DNA of 63,973 nt from Vitrella brassicaformis CCMP3155 (GCA_001179505.1 CDMY01000305.1:186028-250000), one strand, 5' to 3'; counted from the first letter of the stretch, positions 1 to 13,321 are shown. Program-made: numbers and translations. Notes: generated from the sequence alone by a model not told the origin.

Positions 1-63
1 CCCCCCCCCCCCCCCACACACACCATGTCGTGTGTGTGCACCCACCCACCCGAACACACACAG

Positions 64-3000
64 GGCCCCAAGGGCGTGTTCCTCATCCTCTCGGCTCCGT
101 CTTTCGCCGAGACGGCGCCGCACGAGGTCTACTCGTACCACCCAGTGCAGTGGACGGCCGTGTCGAAGGTCAGCAAGAGGGATGGCGGCAAGGACCACCG
201 GAGGGAGCACCACCGGCCAGCCAATGACCCCCGATTCGAGGCGGCGCAGGGCGGGGGCATGTTCAAGTGGAAGGGCCATGTCAGGTTCGGCACTTTTGTG
301 AGGTGCGGCTTCTACGACTGGCGGGTCGTCAAGGCCAATGTCAACCAGGGCAGCTGGATTGTAAGCCCAGCCCGACACGGAGAGGAGAGAGGGAAACACA
401 CACATCCATCGCCATCGCATGCATCGCTCCATGTGTGTCTTCGGCAGGCCCTCCAAACGACTCTGTCCAACATCAAGCGCATGGGCTCGCAGACGTCGCT
501 CAACTTTGACGCGACGGCTCTGGACATCCTGGGCCAGCACTCGCCCAGCTCCTTCGACACCCACCGCACCTTCCCCCTGCAGGGGAGGTTCATCGTTCAA
601 AGCAACAACATTGGAGACGAACAGGTAGGTGGTCTCTCTCTGTGTGCGTGTGTGGGGTGGGCTTGTGGGAGGGAGGGGATAGCCATGTTGTGTGTGTGTG
701 TGTGTGTGTGGTGCAGATTCACGAGGTCTTCATCGACCAGCATGACGCTGCCTGGGACAAGGACACTGGGGAGCTCACCAAGAGGGGCTCCTTCGCGTCG
801 GTCGCTGCATCCTTCCAGCAGCTCAAGTACCTTACCAGAACACAGACAGACAGACAGACAGAAGGACAGGCAAAAGTGTGTCTGTGTGTCTGTGTCTGTG
901 TCTGTGTGGCAGGGAGTGTGGGGTCACCACCGTCTACCTGATGGGCGCATTGGCGCGGGACAACGGCGAAACGCTCTACACAAACTTCGGCGAAATGACA
1001 TTCGAGAGGCCAGGTGACATGGGGAGAACGACACACACAGAAGCGGTGAATGAACATGGTTCTCTCTCTCCCCCTCTCTCTCTCCATCTGTCTGTCTTGA
1101 TGTGCCTGATCTGCAGATGCCTCCCCGTTCGCCGTGACCTGCCGCGCCTCGCCCAACGAGATGCTCGGGGGCGCCACGGGCTTCCAGGACCTCATGAGAG
1201 AGGCCAAACGAGTCGGCATCAAGGTACGTACGTCTCTGCCCTCCCTCCGCCTTGGCCCGCCCATCAGAGCCAACACGCACTTGTTGCGTTGCTCGAATCA
1301 TATCAGGTGTTGGTCGATTCCGTCGCTCGCGTGTCGTCGAGCCGGCCGCACCGCAAGTACTGGCCGCTGGTGCTGCACACCCTCGACCAGAGCGGCAAAC
1401 GAATCATGCTCTACGGCTCAGACGGAAGGCACGCACTACCCCTCCACACACACACATAGCACACCAAATTCCCACCCACCCAGTGGCCCTCTCTCGGACT
1501 TATGTCGCGGGTTGTTTCCTGCCTGACAGGTCTGTGTCATACGAGGACAGTGCGACGCTCAACTACCGCAATGTGAGCGCGTGGGACCTGCTGGTGGCCG
1601 ACATCAAGTCATGGGCCAACCGGTACTGCGTCGACGGCGTCAGGCTCGACAACGCGCAGGTCTGGCCGCAGATACTCAGGGCCCACCAGAACGAACTCAA
1701 CAGGTCCGCCAAGCCCCCCCCCCCCCCNNNNNNNNNNNNNNNNNNNNNNNNNNNNNNNNNNNNNNNNNNNNNNNNNNNNNNNNNNNNNNNNNNNNNNNNN
1801 NNNNNNNNNNNNNNNNNNNNNNNNNNNNNNNNNNNNNNNNNNNNNNNNNNNNNNNNNNNNNNNNNNNNNNNNNNNNNNNNNNNNNNNNNNNNNNNNNNNN
1901 NNNNNNNNNNNNNNNNNNNNNNNNNNNNNNNNNNNNNNNNNNNNNNNNNNNNNNNNNNNNNNNNNNNNNNNNNNNNNNNNNNNNNNNNNNNNNNNNNNNN
2001 NNNNNNNNNNNNNNNNNNNNNNNNNNNCCCCCAAGCCCCCCCCCCCCCCTCTCTCTCCTCACCCACCCTCACAGAGAGAGAGTGTCGGTGTGTGTGCCTG
2101 CACTGCAGGATGGACCCCGACGGCCAGTATCACTTCGGCCCCGAGCAACGTCTGCTGGGCGAGGTGGTGGTGCCGTTCACCGAGGGCAGGAGCGGCTTCT
2201 GGGACACCAAAGCTGCCAAAGGATACGCCAACCCACTCTTCGTCAAGCTCTGCCGGGTAGGGGGCTGGGTAGGGTGGCCAGCGCCCACACAGAGGAGGGC
2301 TATATGTGTGTGGTTGGTTGGTTGCAGGAGGTGTGGCGGGATCGCAAGGATTTCCTGATCGTTGGGGAGTGCTGGGGCGGTGACAGCTACGAGTGGCGGC
2401 CGTCGGTGCTGGCCAAGAGCGGCATCGTGCCGCAGCTGCAGCAGCTGCCCTACAAGCTCTGCCAGCTCTTCGGCAAACAAATCACCGAAGACGCGTTAGC
2501 AACGAGCTTAGCTTGCCCCCCTCCTCCATGCCATGCACACCATAGAGAAGTGTGTGTGGTGTGTGTGTCATCCATCAGTCACGTTGTATCCAGCGGCGGT
2601 CCCTCGTCCATTCTGGTGCTGAAGGAGTGGTTCGAAGGCGAACACGCCAAGCTGCCCGACGGGGCCTTCGTCATACAGAGCTCCTGCTCGCACTCGTCCC
2701 CCTTGCCAGGTCTGCTGTACGGCCGTGGTGCCTGGCCGGCAGTCGATCTGCTCTTCCTCCTCCCCGACATCCCGTCGACCTTCATGGGCGAGATGGAGGG
2801 CCGCTCCTTCAGGCTCGACATCACCAACGTCTTCCAGACGCCGGAGGGCGGCGGCGAACACATGCATGCCGGGGTGAGTGAGAGTGAGGGTGAGGGTGAG
2901 CATGATGAGGGCCCCTGGAGCTCTCACTGTGTGTGCGTGTGTGTTGTGTTCTAGTCCCCCGAGGCGGCGAATGCCTCTGCTGGCGGGCGGTGGAGCGCGG

Positions 3001-4728
3001 CGGCGGAGGTGAAGCTCTCCCGGAGTCTGGTCAACCTCGCCGACAGGGGCTCGCCACAGCCGTCCTTCCACTCTCATGACAGCGCACAGACACAGAAGAC
3101 CGGCCTCCTCTCAAAGGTCAGCCAGAAGCCCCCCCGCAGCCCCGAGTGTGGATGTGTGTGTGTGTGTGTGTGTGTCTTTGTGTCGGTGTGGATCAGGTGC
3201 GTTCTCTGCATGCCTTTGAGAACGTGACGGAGCTCCCTGTGTTGGAGGAGCGGCACGTGCAGGCCGTGGGGCCTCAGTTCGGGTTTGACCTCAAGCAGAT
3301 CAAGTCACACTATGACCACAGGTGCACACACACGCACACACGCACACACGCACAGAGAGAGAGAGAGAGAGAGAGGACAGCCATCCATCCATGTGTGTGT
3401 GTGTGTGTGTGTGCGTGTGTCAGGCGGTCGTTGCGGCACAAGTACAAGCTGTTCCGTCAGGGCGCTTTGCTGCCGCTCAAGGCACAAGTCGGCGACTCGT
3501 GGCACCAGCAAATCCTCGCATTCGCAAGGTATCTGACGCACCTTCCCCACCCCCCCACACACACCTGTTTGTGGGGGTGTGTAGGTATGACGTCGACACG
3601 GGAGAGTTCGCCTTGGTCGTCATCAACTTCACCGACCAGCGTCTCGACAACGTGGCGGTCTCGCTCAAGATCCTCTGGCCGCAGTTTCAGAACCTCGAGG
3701 ACTCCACGCCTTTCCTCTGCATCGACACGCTCGCCGTCCCCGAGACCCAGGGGCTCATCCTGGCTCTCCACGAGCTCATCCACGAGCCACACATCCTCTC
3801 CATCCAGCCCTTTGCGACCGTCTGCCGCACCTTCAGGGAGATCCCCCCGCAGGACCGGCTCGGCGAGGACATCCAGCGTCAGCTCTATCTCTCGTCGTTG
3901 CTGCGTCTGGAGACCCTGATCGCACAGATGAAGTCGGCTTCTGCGTCGGGGAAGGCCAAAGCGGCGCAGGCGAGCTCGAACCTGATCATCACGAAGCTGG
4001 TGGCGGGGCTGCAGAACTTCGAGTCTTTGGACCCTTTGGCCACGACGTTCGACCGCATTTGGGAGGCCATGATGAGCCACCCCACCAAGAGCCCGCCCAC
4101 CCTTTACGACATCTGTGTCGACTCGGGCATCTTCACAGAGGTCGGCCCAGTCCATTCCGGGGATGCATGGCATGGATGGCATGGCGCATGCAGAGAACAA
4201 ACCTCTCTCTCTCCTTAACATAGCATGCCATCCGTCTGTCTGATTGTACGTATCATGTCATGCAGAGCGATGATTTGGCGTGTCAGCTGGTGGCCTGTCT
4301 GCAGAAACTGGTGGACGGGGCGGTGAGGCCGACCGATGGAGGCGAGACGTCTGAGGCGGCGAGCGGTGCGATCAAGCTGGCGCACCAGTTCCTGGACCAC
4401 AACAAGATCGGCCCCATTGTGTTCATCACGCCCGAGCTCGGCAAGTGGTCGACCGTCGGCGGGCTGGGCGTCATGGTCGATGAGCTGGCAACCACTCTTG
4501 CCGAAGTCCTGGGACAGGTACGTGTTGCCTGTAGAGGGCGTGCCATGCGACTCGGAGAGTGCGTGTGTTTGTGTGTGGCCTGGGTGGACTGGATTGGTGC
4601 GGTGCAGGAGGTGTGGGTGATATCGCCCTACTACGACCGCAACCGCAAGGGAGAGACCGGCTACCTCCAAAAGTGACCCAGCCAGCCAGCCACCACCAGC
4701 ACTCGCAGACCAGACGCGCACACGCACA

Positions 4729-4764
<36 letters not shown>

Positions 4765-5985
4765 TGCCTGTGTGACCTGACCCACACAGGGATGAGATCC
4801 CGTGGTCCTTCTCGATGCACGTCCAAGTGGGCCACGACAAGATCGGCTTCGGCGTGTACGAGAAGGTCATCAAGGGCGTCAGGCTGTTCTTCATCCACAA
4901 CGGGCAGGTCTTCCCGCAACCTTACCCAGACTTCAACGCCGTGGACGGGGTCAAGTTCCTCTCGGCACTCGCAAAGGTCGGTCGGTTCGTGTGTGTGTCC
5001 TTCACTCACACACTTCTGAGTACGCACAGACGTGTGTGTGGATGGATGGATGGATGGATGTCAGGCGTCTCTCGAGCTGATGTGTCAAGTGCGCGGCATT
5101 CCCAAGATGGTCGTCACAAACGACTGGCCGACCGGACTTGTCCCGGCATATGCTCGAATGGTGACTAACACACACATCAAAACGACACCCATCATCCCCA
5201 ACCACACACACGCATCTGCGTCTGTCTGTCTGTGTGTGTGTGTATGGTGGTTTCAGGGTCACTTCGGCGACGCCTTCAAGGACACGACCTTCTTCCACAT
5301 CATCCACAACCTGGACCCCTCGTACGAGGGCCGCATCCACGCCAACAGAGGCGAAGATCTCGCATGGGTCCACTCCCTGCCGGCATGGATACTCGTCGAC
5401 GAGAACTGGGCTCAATACGTCCTCAACCCTTCTCGGTGAGTGAACCCTGACACATGACATGGCGGATGGCATGGCGGGTGATGGAGGGAAACACTCACTC
5501 ACTCCCACCCTCACCCACCCACCCACATGCATGGCATGGTGTGTGTGGCGTGTGGTTCCTTCCCTAGGGCTGCGCTGCTCAAGTGCGACAACTGGGGGAC
5601 GGTGTCGCGGTCCTACCTGGACGACCTCTGCGGCCGTGGGAGCGGCCAGACATCCGCCCTCTGTCCGCTGCTCAACAACTTTCCCACGCCCTTCGCCTTT
5701 CCCAACGGCGTGCCCGTCGAGGCGCGCGTGTCGCGGCTGCTCAGGCTGGGTTTCAAGGACCACTGGGAGGCTAAGGGGGCCATCCAGACCAAGTACTTCG
5801 GGTTCCAGCAGCCTGACTTGGACATACCTCTCTTCGCATTCATCGGCCGGATCACCTCGCAGAAGGGCGTGCACCTCATTCTAGACGCCGCTGAGAACAT
5901 CATCAAGAGGCAAGCCAAGCAAACAGGACAAACAGCCCAGACGGAACACGCCTGCAACACGCCCACACTCTTCCCATATCTGCGA

Positions 5986-6021
<36 letters not shown>

Positions 6022-7958
6022 GTACAACTACCGGATTCAGATATTGGTGGGCGGTATGGCCAACCAGCGTGACCCCTACAGCGGCCGGTGTGCGCAGAAG
6101 ATGTGGCAGCTCCGCAACCAGTTCCACTTCGCCTTCTGGGCCGACCCCAACGAGTTCTTCTCAGACGGGCCGCTCATCAACATCGGCGCCGACTTCGGCC
6201 TCATGCCCTCGGCCTTCGAGCCAGGCGGCATCGTGCAGCACGAGTTCTTCGTCGGGGGGACACCTGTCATCGGTGCGTGGCGGGGAGAGGGAGAGGGAGA
6301 AGGTCGCCCGAGTGGGTCCACTCCACTCTCTCTGTGGGTGTGGTGTGTGTTCCTTCCTGTCTGTGCACATACTGTCCAGCGTTCCGGACGGGCGGGTTGA
6401 AGGACACGGTGAGCGAGTTCAATATCGAGACGCAGAAGGGCAACGGCTTCACGTTCGAGGCCTACAATGTGGGCGACCTCCTGTACGCCATGGAGAGGGC
6501 ACTCAGAGTGTTCAGGTGCGCCATGCACACGCTGGCAGACGGGGGCTGGGGGGCTGGNNNNNNNNNNNNNNNNNNNNNNNNNNNNNNNNNNNNNNNNNNN
6601 NNNNNNNNNNNNNNNNNNNNNNNNNNNNNNNNNNNNNNNNNNNNNNNNNNNNNNNNNNNNNNNNNNNNNNNNNNNNNNNNNNNNNNNNNNNNNNNNNNNN
6701 NNNNNNNNNNNNNNNNNNNNNNNNNNNNNNNNNNNNNNNNNNNNNNNNNNNNNNNNNNNNNNNNNNNNNNNNNNNNNNNNNNNNNNNNNNNNNNNNNNNN
6801 NNNNNNNNNNNNNNNNNNNNNNNNNNNNNNNNNNNNNNNNNNNNNNNNNNNNNNNNNGGGGGGGGGGGGGTATGACTGCGTGCGTCTGCATTCGTGCCGT
6901 GTGTGTGTTGTCCGTCCGTCTTGTCAGCGATAAGTCTAAGTATGAGCATCTCCGCAAGAACGCCCGGGCGAGCGTCATCACCTGCGAACAGGTGGGCAGG
7001 CACATGCACACACCACACTGGGATGAAGGCCTCCCGCATTCATTCATTGGCCGACTGCTTGATACATACTAGGTTGGCCGTGCGTGGCTGGGCGAGTTCT
7101 GTCGCCTGAGGAGGAAGATCGCCGTCACGAAAGAAAAGGTCCGTCCGCAGCCAGCCATGCATGACACAAACCCTTTATTCATTTCTGACTCTCTTCTTTC
7201 TCCCCTCTCTCTCTCAGATGGAGTCACTGCTCTCGGCGTTGCCCGACTGGTCAGAGAAGGAGTGGCGGCAGAAGCAAGAAGAAGGCCCCATCTCACCCCC
7301 ACCCACACCCCTCCCCGGCACACAACAGCAACAGCCCACACCCAAGCCCTCACCCAAGACAGCCGCCGAGCAGCTCTCGCCCCCAACTCTACCCGTCGGG
7401 GCGTCTCTGCCAGAAGACAAGCCGCCCACTGCGTCGTCAGCGAGCGATCTGGCCTCCACGCCCATGTCGGCAGTCCAGATGGAAGCTCCGGGCGCCGAGG
7501 AGAAGCCAACCAGGGGGTGGGTGGCGCGCTCGAGCGTGGTGCCCGAGGGGCCGGGGCTGGTGCCCTCGCAGTCCAATCTTGCGGCCGACACAATGGCCGA
7601 GAGGGGATCCAGCGCGATGGCTGCCGAGGGCGTCACTGCGCCGGGTGCCCCCGGGCTACTACCTCTGAAGAAGAGCGTCAGCCGGCTGAACCTCAACGCC
7701 GTCCGGTTCCAGTATGTGCATCCGCAGGGGAACCGGAAGCCGCGGCTGGTGTCTTTGAGCGGTTCCTTCGACGACTGGATGGTGCGGCGGCCGATGATTT
7801 GGGACAACGCCCTGCAGGCCTTCTCTTTGTCGATGGCGCTTGAGCCCGGCAAGTACACGTACAAGCTGATCATTGACGGGGACTGGATTTGCAACCCTCA
7901 GGAGCAGACGGAGAAGGACTCGAATGGCAATGTCAACAACGTCATCGTGGTCACCTGA
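64..7958 (+). CDS. Alpha-glucan (starch/glycogen) synthase: N-terminal GH13/debranching-enzyme-like domain + GT5 glycosyltransferase + C-terminal CBM48 (AMPK-beta type); 5' truncated, multi-exon
   Basis: Spliced exons carry YEDSATLNY..DGVRLDNAQ and IVGECW (GH13), FITPELGKWSTVGGLGVM, FIGRITSQKG and LMPSAFEPGGIVQ..AFRTGGLKDTV (GT5). Exons near 6930-6991, 7073-7138 and 7219-7958 join in phase and add a CBM48 (PRLVSLSGSFDDW..LEPGKYTYKLIIDGDW..NGNVNNVIVV*). Confidence 0.88.
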
Positions 7959-8801
7959 TCGATGTGTGTCGTGTGAGTGAGTGGGTGGTGTGCGTGGCAG
8001 GGGAGGGGGGGGAGCGGTGTCAGTCACGATGGTGGGTGTCGATTTTTCAACCAACCACCGTATCTCGCCTTGACTTGCCTTATCGCTGGCTGCCTGTTTG
8101 TGTGTCTGCTGGTGGTGTGTGCGTACACTGTGTCTGACGATGTCTGTCTGTCTGTCTGTCTGTCTGCTGTCTGTCTGTCCTGATCGCTCCGTCCACTGGG
8201 GGTTAGCAGCAGAGAGATGAGCAGTGAGGCGCACACGCGCGGAGAGAGGGAGGGAGGGAGGGAGACTGGGGGGTATTTGTCCTACCTGTCTGTTTGCTGT
8301 CTGTGCGACACGAGGGGGCGTTTGAAAGGCCAGGCCACGCCGATTTTCGCTTTCTGGGCGTCTGCTTGCTTGGGTGCAGCATGTAATGGCGATGGATGAG
8401 GGAGGAGAGGACAAGACAGCTAGGGCGCTGAGTGGCGTTAAGTAGGGTGGGTGGGGATGTGGGTGGATGGATGGCGGCCTTTTTTCGTTTCGTTTTCCGT
8501 GTGGGACGTTTGATTTCTCCGACACACATACACGACATGCGAACGTGGAGCGCAGTTGGCCATAGATGGTTGTATGTGTGTGTGTGTCTGCCTTTTCGTG
8601 CCAGCGGGCAGACTGACGGACGGGGTATTAATCGCTCGAGCTCAAACACCGTGGATGGATGGATGGATGTTGGTTGGCAGAGACTTTCTCTTGCATTGAT
8701 TGTTGAGACTCGGACGTGCCTGCGAGAATGGCTAGGCCATTAAATATCCTCGCCACAAGCTGGGGGTAGGCTGGGGGCCACTGAGGCGCAAGACGGCCAC
8801 G

Positions 8802-9814
8802 ATGAAGACCGCTGCCTCCGTGCTTCTCATCATCAGCGCCTGCTCTGCTGCAGGTAAGGCTCACGTGAATCCTGACGGACTGTTCCGTGACCCGACCGCA
8901 TTAATTACAGCCGGGGCGATGACTGGAGCGCTGGACGTGACGGAGCCCCTGGCAGCCGGACTGGAGGATGAGCGCCCCAAGTGCAGGGTCATGTTCGAGG
9001 TGAGACGGAAAGAAGCAAAAAGCTCGACGAAGCTCAGCTGCACGCAGGCTTCATGTTTGTTCAGGCGTCGGACGCGTCATCAGAAAAGGACGGTGCACAT
9101 GTGTACCAAATGGTTGGCTTCAGATGGTCGATTACAAAAGGCGTCTCGTGCGACGCCCAGGAGGAGACATGCGTCATCAGTACTGTGACGATGTCGCATG
9201 GGACGACAAGGTGACAGGAGACACACACACATCACGCCTTTCTTCGTGCTGTGCTCTCCAGTGATTGATCGACAGCACGGAATGATGCTCTTAATCGGCA
9301 GAGGTCAATCAGTTGCATCTGTCTGTCTGTCTGTCTGTCTGTAGACCCGCTCTGAATAACGAACCGAGCAGACCTGGAGACCTGTTCAGCAGGTCGTGGT
9401 TGATGGACGAGTACGTCGAGACGGCTCCCAAAGACGTCACAGGTAAGCGCATGCACATATCGGAGCTATCAGTGGCTATCACAATTATCATCCTTCTGTC
9501 GAACAGGCAAGGGCCACTGCTACAAGAATGCGGTCACACCGGTCGTGTGCAAAACCCAAACGAAGCGAACGTTCAAGTGGATGTTGCAGGACGGAGGCAA
9601 GTACTGCATGGACCCTGACACGGTGAGAAAGATACCAACACAGGGTACTTCTCCACACCCTCTGCTGTGTCTTCTCCAGAAGGTTGAGGTCAAAACTGCA
9701 GGATTGACGCGGCCTCGAACTTCAGACACGCCTCTCTTTGCCCAATACGGCGAGCACAAGCACGTTGTCTATTTCCCAGGCCACAAAAGTGAGGATCGGC
9801 TCTTTGATGGATAA
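8802..9814 (+). CDS. Secreted hypothetical protein, about 211 aa, six Cys in the mature part
   Basis: Six exons (8802-8853, 8911-8999, 9065-9210, 9345-9442, 9507-9622, 9680-9814) join in phase through GT-AG introns. The N-terminus MKTAASVLLIISACSAA looks like a signal peptide. Confidence 0.7.
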
Positions 9815-10333
9815 AGTACCATGCTTGTTACTGTCCTGTGAATGTCCTTCCCTGCAGACTGGATGCCACCCTCTAACGAATGAGCCCATGCAGGCTGACT
9901 GACAGCAACCTTGAGAGAGACACGATCCTCATTCGACGATTCATGCCCAGAATGACAGTTCCGTCTGTGATACATGATGCCCAGTCACCGAGACTGTCCG
10001 TTGGTTCGTTTGCCCTGATGGTGTGCCGGTGATGAGCAGTGATAGATCTGCCACACTTGGGGCTGGTGGGATGCAAAGGAAGGAAAGGACTGAGACACAG
10101 AAATGAAAGACACGCTACACGCAGAGGCCTATGCGTGTTTGAACAGCTAGCACAGCGACACAGAGACGATCTTGCAGTATCTCGGATGAAAGCACGGAAA
10201 GAGGCCATGTCTCTCGAGGCAGATGACACAAATCAGAGCGTATCAACTATGTATACCACTCTAGCAGCCCAAAACAGAGACATTTTCAGACCGATCTCAA
10301 AGGCCAAATCCTATGTATATCACCACAACGAGG

Positions 10334-13216
10334 CTAACGACCGAAATACGTCCCAAGTCCTCCAATGAATGTCCCTTCGGCGCTCTCTGACGATGCAGAA
10401 CTTTCTGACGGTACTCGTGGTGGTGGAGGCGGGGGCGGCGGGCTCTTCCCTCCCTTCTTCAGTACTAGAGATGGCAGTGCCTTTCTCGTGGCTGATGATG
10501 GGACAGGAGGAGGGGCTGCGGGGGCTGGCTGCGATGGCTGTGCAGGGCCGACAAGTCCTTCGATCTGTGAAGGCTGTGTTGGGCCAAGGAGTCCCTCTAG
10601 CCGCGACGGCTGCTTCAGGCCGACAAGTCCCTCGAGCTGCGATGGCTGTGTTGGTGGTTTTTGCGTCCCGAGCAGTCCCTCCAGGAAAGCAAATGCTGAT
10701 GGCCCAGGCCCAGGGGTCGACGTCTCTGACTCACTCGGGCTTGGACTGGCTGCCGCTGCCGGCACCGCTGTCGGTGCCTCCTTCGCGGGGGGCGCTTTTG
10801 GCGCTTCTGCCGGGGCCGATGGCGCGGTGAATGGTGACACAACCGCCTGAAGCGCCCCAAAGATGCCTGAAGGCTCTACTTTTTCCTCCTCTGGGGCAGC
10901 AACAGCAGGAGCGGCTGGAACCGTCGGTGGGGGAGGGGATTTGGATACTGGTAGAGACTGAATAGGGGTAGTCAGAGGCATTTTGGACGGAGGCGGGTGC
11001 ACGTGAAGGGTTACATGGCCTGCAGGGATATACATGCACCCACACAAAGAGAGTGAGCCGGTCAATACGGAACTTGTTTATTTGTGGGTAGAGCTCCGCT
11101 CTCACCTATGGTGCGAAATCGTTCGTCCATCACCTGATGGGCCGCTTCGTGACGCATGTCTCCTGTCTCATCCTCCAGTGGCATGAAGCCCGTAGAGCCA
11201 ATGTACACCGGCTCTATCGACGAGTCCTCACCTGCACACCATGGAGCAATCGAAGTCTCCTCTGTACGTCCCTTTGAGATGCAGTATTACCCTCGGCGAA
11301 GAGAGCCAAGAAAAATGCAGGATTCTTCCCCTTCTGCATGGAACGTAAGCTGACCTGACGACCACCATGATACGTCATTTGATGGGTACAGACCCAGAAG
11401 CGGGTGCATGCTTACTGTGTCTCGAAGGTCGATGGACACCGGCATGCTCTCCACCAAATGCACGACCCTCGACCGCCGCGTGCGCCTCGGTTTGTGTTTG
11501 CGAAGAAAGTCTGGCGGCTCCCCCTCCCGGCAGACAACGACAGACACGCGAAATGGCACTTCAACTCGGTCTAGAGGAGCCCAACTGGTAAGCGTGAAAG
11601 CCTTCAAAGCCACTGTGAACTTCGGCCGAGGTATCCCTTCCTCTGCTGACACCGAGGAGCTCCTCGCCTCTGATGCTGCCTCCTCTGCTGCTTGGATGAT
11701 GTCACTCCTCGGCTCCTGCTCATCCCCCATATACTCGCTGTCCGGCAGCTCTCCCCTCTCGTCCTCTTCGATCGCCCGGCGCAGCTCGTCCGTGGCGTCA
11801 GGAGGGCCCGACGGGTCTCTCTCCTTTTCTTCTGCACGCGGGGGGACATCCGCCTCCTCGGTGCTGATGACTGTGACGAAGGATGAGACAGCGGCTGCCC
11901 GGTCGTGCGCAGATGGGGCGGGTCTTGCCTTGGCAAGAGAGGGAACAGAATCTGGGAGAGCCACGGGTGCAGGCGCTTGTTCTGCTGCTGGTGGTGGTGC
12001 TACTGCAGCTGCTGCTTTCGGCGGTGGTGTCACGGTCGGAGTTGCGCTTTCTTTCCCCCTTCCGACTGCCGTCTTGATATCGATTTTCTTCACCAACCGC
12101 CTCTTCCCCTGAACCGCCTTTTCTCGCTGAGCATCGGTCTTCTGCAGTGGCGGCGGCGGCATGCTCGTCACTTGTGGGGGCGGGAGGGAGGGGGCAGGGG
12201 TGGGAAGGAGAAGCGAGGCGTCCTTGACGATCTGTAAGATGCGCTCGACGGGGGCGGCGGCAGCGGCAGCGGCAGCGGCAGCAACAGGGGGCGAGACCGG
12301 TGGAGGGGAGGGCAGCGGAGGGGGCGATGAGGGCGGTGGCGGGCTGACAGGTGTCTCGGTCTGCGTGCCGCTCTCCTCGACTTTTGGTGAGGCTGCCCAT
12401 GTCGTGCACTCAGCAATGGACTGGTAGACATCCTCGATGCGTGAGTCCAGAGGTCGGAGGGTGGAGAGACACCTGCAGAAGCACCCATCCAACAGGGATC
12501 GCAAAAGGGTGCATTGAAAGCGATTGGACGTCTCCAGACCTGAGGAGCAGCTGAGCGGTGTCATTTGGGTCAACGAGCCACCCAGTGGTGATGGCAGGGA
12601 CCAGGACCTCATGCGCTATCCTCTCAATCGCCTCCAGCATGGCATCCTGGTGGTCGCGGTGACGACTGATGCGATGCAACAAGGTCTGGGGAGGGACCCA
12701 TACATGCAGCAAAAAGGTCGCCGCTATGTGCTGCTTCTCTTGGCTCGTGTGTGTGTCTGTCGTCTCACGTGTATGTTGGATTCGTTGTCGGTCTGTCGCT
12801 CCCTCTGCAGCCGAGAAAACTGCTCCCGAAGATGGGACTCTGAGACCTGGTGACGGTGGCACTCTAGAACACATATGGAAATGCTGGGTGAAGCCACGGA
12901 ACGAATGAATGTGTTGGTGCGTGAACTCACCTGATTTAGAAACCGACAGCTCATGTGCCTGAAAGCAGACGTACAGACAGACACCTTCATGCCAAACATT
13001 TCTCGTGAGCATGGCTCAGCTCACCAGGGCTTCGCTTTGCCTCCTCTGATCCTTGAGCAGCAGCAGCGTCTCGAAAAAGGCTGATGCCGTGACGCGTCCG
13101 CATTCAGCATCCGTCGGCAAGCCACTGGTCGGCATGGCCAGCCACGACGCGTTGGCGTACATGCTATGGCGCTCTTCCGGATCCAAGGCTCGAGAGCCCC
13201 ATTGCATGGCATGCAT
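10334..13216 (-). CDS. Pro/Ala-rich hypothetical protein with a probable C2-like beta-sandwich segment
   Basis: Long minus-strand exons (ORFs 11287-12612 and 10334-11065) are linked by small exons giving KFTVALKAF..VPFRVSVVVC..SIDLRDTVSL..FFLALFAE..YIGSTGFMPL..HVTLHV. Start is at 13207 or 13216. Confidence 0.55.
10528..10682. repeat. Coding 36-bp tandem repeat, about 4 degenerate units
   Basis: Units such as gctgcgatggctgtgcagggccgacaagtccttcga encode PSQLEGLVGLKQ / PSRLEGLLGPTQ / PSQIEGLVGPAQ on the minus strand. Confidence 0.8.
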
Positions 13217-13321
13217 TTGCGATCGCGAGCTCGCAAATGGTCCGCTTTCCTCTTCTCCTTTCCCCTTCTCCCCCCTCTCCGCTCGACATGTAGAGATCAT
13301 CTCTTTTTCCCGAGATCGTCG

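Noticed and set aside
7690-7958. Separate AMPK beta-subunit gene
   Set aside because: There is no C-terminal ASC domain, and the exon splices in phase to the glucan synthase.
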